NCBI GenBank assembly: GCA_052089225.1
Contig: JBQCZP010000001.1
Span: 125,478 to 189,477, forward strand
Reading direction: 5' to 3'
DNA from: Nesterenkonia sp.
GTDB taxonomy: Bacteria > Actinomycetota > Actinomycetes > Actinomycetales > Micrococcaceae
Length of the DNA: 64,000 bases
Below, in pieces: positions 42,120 to 50,540 of the stretch. Position 1 is the stretch's first letter, and the number at the start of each line of letters is the position of its first letter. The position numbers were made by a program, and so were the translations under genes. Below the pieces are notes generated by a model. That model saw only the letters and a list, made by a program, of their open reading frames with translations, ran no database searches and was not told where the DNA came from.

Positions 42120-43565
42120 TCAGCTGTCCTGCGGGTACTTGGCAGGCTCGGACTGCGTCATGTGCTCCAGCACGCGCACTACTTGGGCTGAGTAGCCGAA
42201 CTCATTGTCGTACCAGACGTAGAGGATGGCCTGGGTTCCGTTGACGATGGTGGCCAGACCATCGACCACGCCGGCGGAGGTGGAGCCCACAAAGTCGGTG
42301 GAGACCACCTCTGCGGAATCGATGTAGTCCACCTGCTGAGCCAACGGGCCCTCCAGGGATTGGCTGCGCAGGAACCGGTTGAGCTCCTCCTTGGTGGTTT
42401 CGCGCTCCAGCTCCAGATTGAGGATCGCCATGGACACATCCGGGGTGGGGACCCGGATCGCATTGCCGGAGAGTTTGCCCTCCAGCTCCGGTAGGGCCTT
42501 TGCCACTGCTTGGGCGGCGCCGGTCTCGGTGAGCACCATATTCAGCGCCGCGGAGCGTCCGCGCCGTTCGCCATTGTGGTAGTTGTCGATGAGATTCTGG
42601 TCATTGGTGTAGGCGTGGACGGTCTCCACGTGACCGTGGTGAATGCCGTACTCGTCCTGCATCAGCTTGGCCACCGGGGTGATGGCGTTGGTGGTGCAGC
42701 TGGCGGCGGAGAGTCGGGTGTCCTCTTCGGTGATGGTCCGCTCGTTGACCCCGAAGACAATGTTTTTGATGCCGCCTTTGCCCGGGGCCGTCAGCAGCAC
42801 CCGAGAGGAGCCTTTGGACTGCAGATGCTTGGCCATGCCCTCCTCATCGCGCCAGATGCCGGTGTTGTCGACCACCACGGCGTCCTCAATCCCATAGGCG
42901 GTGTAGTCGACGTCTTCGGGGGTGTTGGCGTAGATGACCTGAATATAGGTGCCGTTGGCGATGATGGCCTGGTTCTCCTCATCGACCCGGATCGAACCTG
43001 CGAAGGGACCGTGAACTGAGTCGCGGCGCAGCAGGGAGGCGCGTTTGGCCAGGTCTTCGCCCTTGGCCTTGCGCACCACGACGGCCCGCAGCCGCAGCCC
43101 GGAGGCGGAGGAGGCATGGCCGACAAGGATCCTGGCGACCAGTCGGCCGATGCGCCCGAAGCCGTAGAGCACCACATCGCGAGGCTGCGCCCGTCCCTGG
43201 CCCTTCTGCCCGACGACGTCGCTGAGCTCCTCCCGCAGGAAGGACTCTATGTCGCTGCCGCCAGAGGCCTTGAACCTGTTGTGCAGCCGGGCGAGGTCGA
43301 TGCTGGCCGCCCCCAAGTCCAGGGTGGTCAGCGTCTGCACCAGCGGCAGCGTCTCCTTGATGGGAAGTTCGACCTCATCGACCTGCCGGGCGAACCGGTG
43401 AGCCTTCAGAATGTCGATGGCCGACTGATTGACCAGCTGACGGCCGTAGATTCCGGTCACCACATTGTTCTCTCGGTACAGGCGGCCGATCAGTGGGATC
43501 ATGGCTTCAGCCTGAGCCTCGCGGTCGATCCATTCGTTGAGATGTTCGCTCACAGGTGCAGACAC
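42120..43565 (-). CDS. gap: Glyceraldehyde-3-phosphate dehydrogenase, long N-terminally extended type
   Basis: YGFGRIGR, SAASCTTNAI catalytic Cys, TVHAYTNDQ and WYDNEFGY; about 130 extra N-terminal residues. Confidence 0.93.
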   Translation of the reverse strand: MSAPVSEHLNEWIDREAQAEAMIPLIGRLYRENNVVTGIYGRQLVNQSAIDILKAHRFARQVDEVELPIKETLPLVQTLTTLDLGAASIDLARLHNRFKASGGSDIESFLREELSDVVGQKGQGRAQPRDVVLYGFGRIGRLVARILVGHASSASGLRLRAVVVRKAKGEDLAKRASLLRRDSVHGPFAGSIRVDEENQAIIANGTYIQVIYANTPEDVDYTAYGIEDAVVVDNTGIWRDEEGMAKHLQSKGSSRVLLTAPGKGGIKNIVFGVNERTITEEDTRLSAASCTTNAITPVAKLMQDEYGIHHGHVETVHAYTNDQNLIDNYHNGERRGRSAALNMVLTETGAAQAVAKALPELEGKLSGNAIRVPTPDVSMAILNLELERETTKEELNRFLRSQSLEGPLAQQVDYIDSAEVVSTDFVGSTSAGVVDGLATIVNGTQAILYVWYDNEFGYSAQVVRVLEHMTQSEPAKYPQDS

Positions 43566-43585
43566 GGGGGCAGTTCCTCCTGGTG

Positions 43586-43597
43586 AATGACGTCATT
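43586..43597. promoter_or_regulatory. Palindromic operator candidate upstream of gap
   Basis: Perfect palindrome AATGACGTCATT just downstream of a TAGACT -10 (43609-43614, minus strand). Confidence 0.45.
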
Positions 43598-43621
43598 GTC
43601 TATGACGAAGTCTAGACGAGG

Positions 43622-43987
43622 GGACGGGTCGGCCGGTAAGCCGGGTTCTGTCGTGGACCATCATCCATCTGGGCGCCGTGTTGCCACGGGCCTCAAGCAG
43701 TCAACCCGGATGCTCGGGCGGGCAGCCCTGCAGGAGCCGTGCGGCTCCACGCATCCTGTTCGACCTTGCACCGGATGGGGTTTGCCCAGCCGCACCGGTC
43801 GCCCGGTGCGCTGGTGGTCTCTTACACCACCGTTTCACCCTTACCCCGGCGCACCGGGGCGGTCTGTTTTCTGTGGCACTGGCCTGCGGGTCACCCCGAG
43901 TGGGCGTTACCCACCATCCTTGCCCTATGGAGCCCGGACTTTCCTCGATGCACCGCAGTGCACCGCGATGGCCTGGCCGACCCGTCC
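43622..43987 (-). ncRNA. rnpB: RNase P RNA (type A)
   Basis: GAGGAAAGTCC near the 5' end, ACAGAACCCGGCTTA near the 3' end, terminal P1 helix GGACGGGTCGGCC/GGCCGACCCGTCC; TATGCT -10 at 43998-44003. Confidence 0.96.
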
Positions 43988-44070
43988 TCCTGCACTAAGC
44001 ATAACCGCCACTGAACCCTCCGCCATTCCCCGCCGATCCACTGACGTTAACGAGGACCACCTCAGCGAAG

Positions 44071-44098
44071 GATAATAGACTAAGCAACTTAGCTAAGT
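44071..44098 (+). promoter_or_regulatory. TA operon promoter with palindromic operator
   Basis: GATAAT -10-like hexamer followed by perfect palindrome ACTTAGCTAAGT (44087-44098) plus another CTAAG half-site. Confidence 0.6.
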
Positions 44099-44112
44099 GT
44101 CAGGGAGCTGCG

Positions 44113-44511
44113 ATGGGTACCGAGACTTTCAATATGCACCAGGCGAAGACGCACCTTTCCCGACTCGCTGATCGCGCTCACCAGGGTGAGGAGATCGTCC
44201 TCTCCAAGGCGGGAGAGCCTTGGGCTCGAATCGTTCCGCTGAATGAGCCGCAGCAGCCTCAACCGATTCCTGTCCGGATCCTCAAGGAGCCTCACTGGTT
44301 TGCTGCAGTGGACCGGGATGAGCCGGCAGAAATGTTCGGTGAGGACAATGCGGACCTATCCAGGCCTCGCCAGACGTTTTGGGGAGGTCGTCGGCAGCTA
44401 CGGTTTTCGGCACTTGCCTCTCGATTACCGGCACGCAGAGCTTTCCGGGAACCTGGAGGGCAACCATCAGGCTCCTTTCGACCGGATGCTCGCTGCTCAG
44501 AGTGTGATTGA
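44113..44511 (+). CDS. Phd/YefM-family antitoxin, reading through past its normal end
   Basis: FNMHQAKTHLSRL...GEEIVLSKAGEPWARIVP; the last ~50 aa look like out-of-frame toxin sequence. Confidence 0.8.
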   Translation: MGTETFNMHQAKTHLSRLADRAHQGEEIVLSKAGEPWARIVPLNEPQQPQPIPVRILKEPHWFAAVDRDEPAEMFGEDNADLSRPRQTFWGGRRQLRFSALASRLPARRAFREPGGQPSGSFRPDARCSECD

Positions 44512-44575
44512 GTCGGTGCCTCTGGTCACCAAGGACCACGCCTTCGAAGTCTTTGGCACACGGACCCTGTGGTGA
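44348..44575 (+). pseudogene. PIN-domain (VapC-like) toxin remnant lacking its N-terminal half
   Basis: 75 aa: LPLDYRHA...HQAPFDRMLAAQS..E..PLVTKD..F...W; no xLLDTH N-terminal motif in this frame. Confidence 0.75.
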
Positions 44576-44622
44576 GCACAGCTCGACCAGAACCTGCGAT
44601 GAGGCGTTGATAGTCTGTCTGG

Positions 44623-45408
44623 GTGAAAATTCTGCTGCCGCCCTCTGAGGGCAAAAGCTTCCCGCACGCGGACGGCGCCGGACTAAACCTCAAGTCACTC
44701 ACACTGCCCCAGCTGCGTGATCAGCGGCTGCAGGTGCTGGAGGCTCTGATCGAAGCCAGCGGGCGCGAGAACGCACAGCAGGTGCTGAAGGTCGGCTCGA
44801 ACGTGATGGGCGATGTCGAAGCGAACCGGCAGCTGCTCACCGCGGCGGCGGCGCCTGCGCACCGGATCTATACCGGGGTGCTCTTTGAAGCGCTGGACGC
44901 CGACTCACTGAGCGCAGCCGGCCTGCAGCGTGCCGCTGATCATGTGCTGATCTTCTCCGGCCTGTTCGGGGTGACCACGCTCACCGACACGATTCCCGCT
45001 CACCGACTGTCGATGGATGTCACCCTCTCTCCCTTCGGCGATCACCGGGATCCAGGACGGTTGGCGAGCTTCTGGCGCTCAGTTCTGGGTCCGCCTCTGC
45101 GGGAGAGGATCGGTGACCAGCTGGTCATCGACTGCCGGTCATCCACCTACGTCGCCGCCTTCAGACCGGCTGCGGAGCAGACGCTGGTAGTCAACAGCCT
45201 CACGCAGAAGGACGGTCAGCGCCGAGTGGTGACGCACTTCGCCAAACACGCCCGGGGACTGTTGGCCGGGATGCTGCTGCGTCAGCCTCAGCTGCCGCAG
45301 ACGATCGACGACGTCGCAGAGGTCGCCTCAGGACGCTGGGAGGTCGAGCTGCGCGAGGCCGCAGGAAGGACGCCGTACCAGCTGGATCTCATTCAGCCGG
45401 CTGAATAG
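44623..45408 (+). CDS. yaaA: Peroxide-stress protein YaaA
   Basis: MKILLPPSEGK, IYTGVLFEAL, IFSGLFG, DCRSSTY and HFAKHARG. Confidence 0.9.
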   Translation: MKILLPPSEGKSFPHADGAGLNLKSLTLPQLRDQRLQVLEALIEASGRENAQQVLKVGSNVMGDVEANRQLLTAAAAPAHRIYTGVLFEALDADSLSAAGLQRAADHVLIFSGLFGVTTLTDTIPAHRLSMDVTLSPFGDHRDPGRLASFWRSVLGPPLRERIGDQLVIDCRSSTYVAAFRPAAEQTLVVNSLTQKDGQRRVVTHFAKHARGLLAGMLLRQPQLPQTIDDVAEVASGRWEVELREAAGRTPYQLDLIQPAE

Positions 45409-45841
45409 CGCTGGCTGCGGCGTCCCATTCGGTGCCTGCGGCACAGGCGTCCATCGCCTCGTTGCTGAGTGCGTCGGCGTCGCCGTTCTCCCCGCGCGGG
45501 ATCCAGGTGTAGCTGATCTGGGCGGCCGGCAGCACCTGCCTGGCCTCGTCAGCCAGCCGCTTCATGTCAGCATGCTTGATCTTCCAGCGACCGCTCATCT
45601 GTTCAACCACCAGCTTGGAGTCCATGCGGACTTCTGTGCGGGCTTGGGGGTCGAGGCTGCGCACCAGCTTGAGGCCCTCGATGAGCCCGGTGTACTCGGC
45701 GACGTTGTTGCTGGCCCGACCCAGCGGCACCGCCACAGCGGCCACAACACTGCCCTTCTGATTGCGCACCAGCGCACCCGCGCCGGCGATTCCAGGATTT
45801 CCGCGGCTGCCGCCGTCTGCCTCAACTGTTAAGTCACTCAC
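45389..45841 (-). CDS. Stand-alone RNase HI-like protein (Rv2228c N-terminal domain type)
   Basis: EADGGSRGNPG, SNNVAEY, MDSKLVVEQMSGRWKIK and WIPR.EN..AD.L; start re-called to GTG 45841. Confidence 0.88.
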   Translation of the reverse strand: MSDLTVEADGGSRGNPGIAGAGALVRNQKGSVVAAVAVPLGRASNNVAEYTGLIEGLKLVRSLDPQARTEVRMDSKLVVEQMSGRWKIKHADMKRLADEARQVLPAAQISYTWIPRGENGDADALSNEAMDACAAGTEWDAAASAIQPAE

Positions 45842-45887
45842 GAGCGACCAGCCTAACCCCCATCGGCTCCCACAGCAGGCGTCGGCG

Positions 45888-46730
45888 CTAATGCCCAGGC
45901 GTGATGACAAAGTCCCAGGGGTCGGTGTTGATCCCGGAGACGGCGATCTCAACCGCGAAGCCGGCGTCATTGAGCCGGTGATCTAGACTCTGCGCAGCCG
46001 CCGGCAGCCACAGCCACTCACTGGCAAAGTGTGAGACGTCCAACAGGAAGGGGCGTTGGCCGCCTGCGGCCTCCCGAGCCTCGGAGGCTGGATGGTGGCG
46101 CAGGTCCGCAGTGATGTAGACATCGGCGTCCGCGTCCCGGGCAGCTGAGAGCAGCGAGTCCCCCGAGCCTCCGCACAGCGCCACCCGGTGCACGATGGCA
46201 TCCCGGTCTCCGGCGGCGCGCACTCCCCCGGCCACGGCCGGAAGGACGCCGAAGACGGTGGCGGCGAACTCGCCGAAGGTCGTGCCCTGCGGCAGGGTGC
46301 CGATGCGCCCGAGTCCCTCTTCGTCCAGCCCGTCCTCCGCGGGCTTCAGCGGTTGGGTGTTCTCCAGGCCCAGGATCTCGGCCAGCACATCGTTGACCCC
46401 GCCGACGGCCGAGTCTCCGTTGGTGTGCGCGCTCAGCAGTGCGCACCCTGACTCGATGAGCCGGTGGATGACCTCACCCTTGAACGTGCCGGCCTCCACG
46501 GTGGTGACCCCACGCAGCAGCAGCGGGTGGTGGGTGATCAGCAGGTCGGCCTCGGCCTCGCAGGCCTCATCCACCACCGCAGCCACCGGGTCCACGGCGA
46601 AATGAATGGTGCGCACAGGCCGGTCGCGGCGGCCGGCGACCAGCCCCACCGCGTCCCAGGATTCGGCCAGCGAGGCGGGCCACAGCTCCTCGGTCACGTC
46701 GAGCACCTGCTGCAGTGTCGGAGTCTCCAT
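45888..46730 (-). CDS. Nif3-like dinuclear metal protein
   Basis: AESWDAVGL, ITHHPLLL, HTNGD, GGSGDS, TADLRHH and HFASE. Confidence 0.92.
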   Translation of the reverse strand: METPTLQQVLDVTEELWPASLAESWDAVGLVAGRRDRPVRTIHFAVDPVAAVVDEACEAEADLLITHHPLLLRGVTTVEAGTFKGEVIHRLIESGCALLSAHTNGDSAVGGVNDVLAEILGLENTQPLKPAEDGLDEEGLGRIGTLPQGTTFGEFAATVFGVLPAVAGGVRAAGDRDAIVHRVALCGGSGDSLLSAARDADADVYITADLRHHPASEAREAAGGQRPFLLDVSHFASEWLWLPAAAQSLDHRLNDAGFAVEIAVSGINTDPWDFVITPGH

Positions 46731-46765
46731 GACTCATTTCTACCCTGCCCCGGTGGCGGCGGCCA

Positions 46766-46791
46766 GGAATGAACCGCAGGGCAGCTGAGTT
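46766..46791 (+). promoter_or_regulatory. SigH/SigR-type promoter upstream of msrA
   Basis: GGAAT-N18-GTT with ATG 9 nt later and no RBS. Confidence 0.7.
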
Positions 46792-46800
46792 TGCACCGAT

Positions 46801-47343
46801 ATGACTCAACGGACCCTTGTCCTCGCCGCCGGATGCTTCTGGTGCTTAGACTCCGTCGCGCGCCGCCTTCGCGGAGTCAGCGGTGTGCGCAGCGTCTACA
46901 CCGGTGGGCCGGCCGAGACCGCCAACTATTACGCCGTGTGTAGCGGCACGACAGACCACGCCGAAGCCGTGGAGATCACCTTCGACCCGCAGGTGCTGCC
47001 CGCCAGTGTGCTGTACGAGGTGTTCTTCTCCACTCACGATCCGACCTCGCTGAACCGGCAGGGGCACGACGTCGGCCCCCAGTACCGATCGGCGATGTTC
47101 TACTCCTCGGCGGCCGAACAGGCGGAGTTCCAGGCAGCGATCTCCTCGGCGCAGCAGCACTTCGACCGCGCCATCGTCACCGCACCGGAACCGCTGGGTG
47201 AGGTCTATGAGGCCGAGCCGGAGCACCAGAACTTTCACGCCCGTCGCCCCGAGGCAGGCTACTGCCAGTTCATCATCGACCCGAAGGTCAACCTGCTGCG
47301 TCAGCACTGGTCACAGTGGCTCCGCGAGGAGGTCCTGGCCTAG
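46801..47343 (+). CDS. msrA: Peptide methionine (S)-sulfoxide reductase
   Basis: GCFWC, HAEAV, HDPTSLNRQG.DVGPQYRS and AEPEHQ. Confidence 0.95.
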   Translation: MTQRTLVLAAGCFWCLDSVARRLRGVSGVRSVYTGGPAETANYYAVCSGTTDHAEAVEITFDPQVLPASVLYEVFFSTHDPTSLNRQGHDVGPQYRSAMFYSSAAEQAEFQAAISSAQQHFDRAIVTAPEPLGEVYEAEPEHQNFHARRPEAGYCQFIIDPKVNLLRQHWSQWLREEVLA

Positions 47344-47400
47344 GTAGGCTTTGGGCCACGCAGCTCTGCATCAACCACCACACGAAAGGTTTCACACCCC

Positions 47401-48333
47401 ATGGCCATGCTCAACAACATCACCGAGGCCGTCGGCAACACCCCGCTGGTGCGGCTCAACCGACTCGACGCCGACCTGCCGGGCAACGTGGCGGTGAAGC
47501 TGGAGTTCTACTCCCCCGCGTCCTCAGTGAAGGACCGGATCGGCAGGGCCATCGTCGATGCCGCAGAGAAGGCCGGGGTCCTCAAGCCCGGCGGAACCAT
47601 TGTGGAGGGCACCTCCGGCAACACCGGCATCGCCCTGGCCATGGTCGGTGCCGCCCGCGGCTACCGGGTGGTGCTCACGATGCCCGAGACGATGTCCACT
47701 GAGCGCCGAGTCATGCTGCGCGCCTACGGCGCAGAGATCGTGCTGACTCCCGGTGCTGAGGGCATGCGCGGCGCGGTCGAACGCGCCAAAGCTGTGGTGG
47801 AGGAGACCGACAACGCCATCTGGGCCCGGCAGTTTGCCAATGAGGCCAACGCAGAGATCCACTACACCACCACTGGTGAAGAGATCTGGCGCGACACTGA
47901 CGGTCAGGTCGACGTGCTGGTCTCCGGCGTCGGCACCGGCGGCACCATCACCGGTGCCGGCCGCAGGCTGCGCGAGAACAAGTCGGATGTGCACATCGTC
48001 GCCGTGGAGCCGGAGGACTCCCCCATCCTCTCTGGGGGCCAGCCCGGGCCCCACAAGCTGCAGGGCCTGGGGCCCAACTTCGTACCGGAGGTCCTGGACA
48101 CCGAGATCTACAACGAGGTGCTCACCTCCACCCTGGAGAAGTCCATCTCCACCTCCCGTGAGCTGGGCGTCAAGGAAGGCATCCTGGGAGGAATCTCCAC
48201 CGGTTCCATGGTGGCAGCTGCCCTGGAGGTCGCTGCCCGCGAAGAGATGCGGGACAAGCTGATTGTCACAGTCGCCGCCGATTTCGGTGAGCGCTACATC
48301 TCCACGCTCCTCTACGAAGACATTCGCGGCTGA
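47401..48333 (+). CDS. cysK: Cysteine synthase A
   Basis: GNTPLVRL, KLEFYSPASSVKDRI (PLP lysine), TSGNTG and GVGTGGT. Confidence 0.96.
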   Translation: MAMLNNITEAVGNTPLVRLNRLDADLPGNVAVKLEFYSPASSVKDRIGRAIVDAAEKAGVLKPGGTIVEGTSGNTGIALAMVGAARGYRVVLTMPETMSTERRVMLRAYGAEIVLTPGAEGMRGAVERAKAVVEETDNAIWARQFANEANAEIHYTTTGEEIWRDTDGQVDVLVSGVGTGGTITGAGRRLRENKSDVHIVAVEPEDSPILSGGQPGPHKLQGLGPNFVPEVLDTEIYNEVLTSTLEKSISTSRELGVKEGILGGISTGSMVAAALEVAAREEMRDKLIVTVAADFGERYISTLLYEDIRG

Positions 48334-48378
48334 GCCTCTGCCGCCGTCCCTGCCGAATCCTGCGAAAGGTAACCCACT

Positions 48379-48966
48379 GTGGGCTTTGTCTCCCGACTGC
48401 GTGAGGACATCACTGCCACACGCGAGCACGACCCCGCCGCGCGCGGCACAGCAGAGATCGTGCTGGTGTACTCCGGCCTGCACGCCATCTGGGCCCACCG
48501 GCTGGCCAATAGGCTGTGGCGCAGCACGCCGCTGAGGACGCCGGCGCGGGTGATCTCTCAGGTCACACGAAGCCTCACCGGCATCGAGATCCATCCCGGA
48601 GCGACGATCGGCCGACGCTTCGTCATTGACCACGGAATGGGCGTGGTCATCGGTGAGACCACTGAGATCGGTGACGACTGCATGCTCTACCAGGGGGTGA
48701 CCCTGGGCGGTCGCTCCCTGGAGCAGACCAAGAGGCACCCTACCCTGCGTGATGGGGTCGTCATCGGTGCCGGCGCCAAGGTGATCGGGCCGGTGGAGAT
48801 CGGTCCCGAGTCTGCTGTGGGGGCCAATGCCGTGGTGGTGAAGTCGGCTCCGGCCAACTCAGTGCTGGTGGGTGTTCCCGCTCAGGACCGCAAGCGCCGG
48901 CAGGAGGAGCATGAGCCGCTGGTTGATCCTGCGGCCTATGCCCTGGACCCGGCACTGTTCATCTGA
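48379..48966 (+). CDS. cysE: Serine O-acetyltransferase
   Basis: [29 protein letters not shown] and RHPTL; ends in ...DPALFI, with the C-terminal Ile expected for the cysteine synthase complex. Confidence 0.94.
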   Translation: MGFVSRLREDITATREHDPAARGTAEIVLVYSGLHAIWAHRLANRLWRSTPLRTPARVISQVTRSLTGIEIHPGATIGRRFVIDHGMGVVIGETTEIGDDCMLYQGVTLGGRSLEQTKRHPTLRDGVVIGAGAKVIGPVEIGPESAVGANAVVVKSAPANSVLVGVPAQDRKRRQEEHEPLVDPAAYALDPALFI

Positions 48967-48980
48967 GTCCGCAGCTGCTC

Positions 48981-50441
48981 TCACACCTCGGTTTCGGAGC
49001 GGTCCTCGCTCCACCGAGTGTGGAAGGTGCCGGGCTTGTCGATGCGCTGATAGGTATGGGCACCGAAGTAGTCGCGCAGCCCCTGCGTGAGGCTGGCCGG
49101 CAGCCGCTGAGCGCGCAGGGCATCGTAGTAGGCCAACGATGAGCTGATCACCGGAGCGGGAACCCCATAGGTGGCCGCGGCGGCAACCACCCGGCGCCAG
49201 GCGGGCAGGCACTCGTTGATAGCCTCGGTGAACTCCTCAGCCAGCAGCAGGTTTGCCGGCTGCTGAGCGGCCGGTGCCTGGTAGGCCTTCATGATGGTGT
49301 CCAGCAGGTCGGCGCGGATGATGCAGCCCGCCCGCCACAGCGAGGCGATGGTGCGCATATCCAGGTCCCACCCGTACTCCTCACCGGCGGCGGTGAGCAT
49401 ATCGAAGCCCTGGGCATAGGACACCAGCTTCGAGGCGTAGAGCGCTTTGCGGACGTCTTCGACGAAGTCCTGCTGGGCCTCACCTGAGCCGTAGAGGTCC
49501 TCAGCGCTGACATTGGTGCCGATCCCGGCAGCGAAGACCTGCTGAGTCTGCTCCCGCAGCCTCCGCTGAGAGGAGATCGAGCGGGCAAAGACCGACTCGG
49601 CGATCGTGCTCACCGGAGAGCCGACCTCCAACCCTGAGATCGCAGTCCACCGCCCGGTGCCCTTCTGCCCGGCCGAGTCCATGATCACATCCACCAGTGG
49701 ACGGCCGGTCAGCTCATCCTCCTGCTCCAGAACCTCGGAGCTGATCTCGATCAGATAGGAGGCTAGGTCAGTGGTGTTCCAATCCCGGAACACCTGAGCC
49801 TGCTGCCCCGGCTCCAGCCCCGCCAACGATCGCAGCAGATCGTAGGCCTCACCGATGACCTGCATATCGGCATACTCAATGCCGTTGTGCACCATCTTCA
49901 CGTAGTGGCCGGCACCGTCGGTGCCGACCCACGCGCAGCACGGTTCACCGTGATAGTCCGCGGCGATCCTCTCCAACATTGGGCCCAACGTCTGGTAGGC
50001 CTCCGCAGAGCCGCCGGGCATGATGGAGGGCCCATGCAGTGCGCCCTCCTCACCGCCGGAGACACCCACACCCACAAAGTGCAGACCCTTCTGGCGAAGC
50101 TGATCCTCGCGGCGGCGGGTCTCCTCGTAGAAGGAGTTGCCCGCATCAATGACGATATCGCCGGCGTCCAACAGCGGCACCAGCTCATCGATGACCGCAT
50201 CAACAGGGGCGCCGGCCTTCACCATGACCAGCACCCGGCGCGGGCGCTCGAGCGCCTCAACCAGCTGGGTCAGCGATTCCGTGCCGACGAAGGAGCCCTC
50301 AGCCGAGTATGAGTTGATCAGCGCATCAGTACGAGCGACCGAGCGATTGTGCAGAGCCACCGTATACCCGTTTCGGGCAAGATTCCGGGCCAGATTAGCG
50401 CCCATGACAGCCAGGCCGGTCACTCCAATGTCAGCGCCCAT
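48981..50441 (-). CDS. gndA: NADP-dependent 6-phosphogluconate dehydrogenase
   Basis: GLAVMG, HNRS, GVSGGEEGA, KMVHNGIEY and RDYFGAHTY. Confidence 0.97.
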   Translation of the reverse strand: MGADIGVTGLAVMGANLARNLARNGYTVALHNRSVARTDALINSYSAEGSFVGTESLTQLVEALERPRRVLVMVKAGAPVDAVIDELVPLLDAGDIVIDAGNSFYEETRRREDQLRQKGLHFVGVGVSGGEEGALHGPSIMPGGSAEAYQTLGPMLERIAADYHGEPCCAWVGTDGAGHYVKMVHNGIEYADMQVIGEAYDLLRSLAGLEPGQQAQVFRDWNTTDLASYLIEISSEVLEQEDELTGRPLVDVIMDSAGQKGTGRWTAISGLEVGSPVSTIAESVFARSISSQRRLREQTQQVFAAGIGTNVSAEDLYGSGEAQQDFVEDVRKALYASKLVSYAQGFDMLTAAGEEYGWDLDMRTIASLWRAGCIIRADLLDTIMKAYQAPAAQQPANLLLAEEFTEAINECLPAWRRVVAAAATYGVPAPVISSSLAYYDALRAQRLPASLTQGLRDYFGAHTYQRIDKPGTFHTRWSEDRSETEV

Positions 50442-50540
50442 GAATTGCGTCTCCCCTATACAGAGTCGGTGTGTCCAGAATCGGTTCGTGCAGCGTCGGT
50501 CAGTGCCTTCCTGATCCTACCTGCCGGCGCCTGTGTCAGA

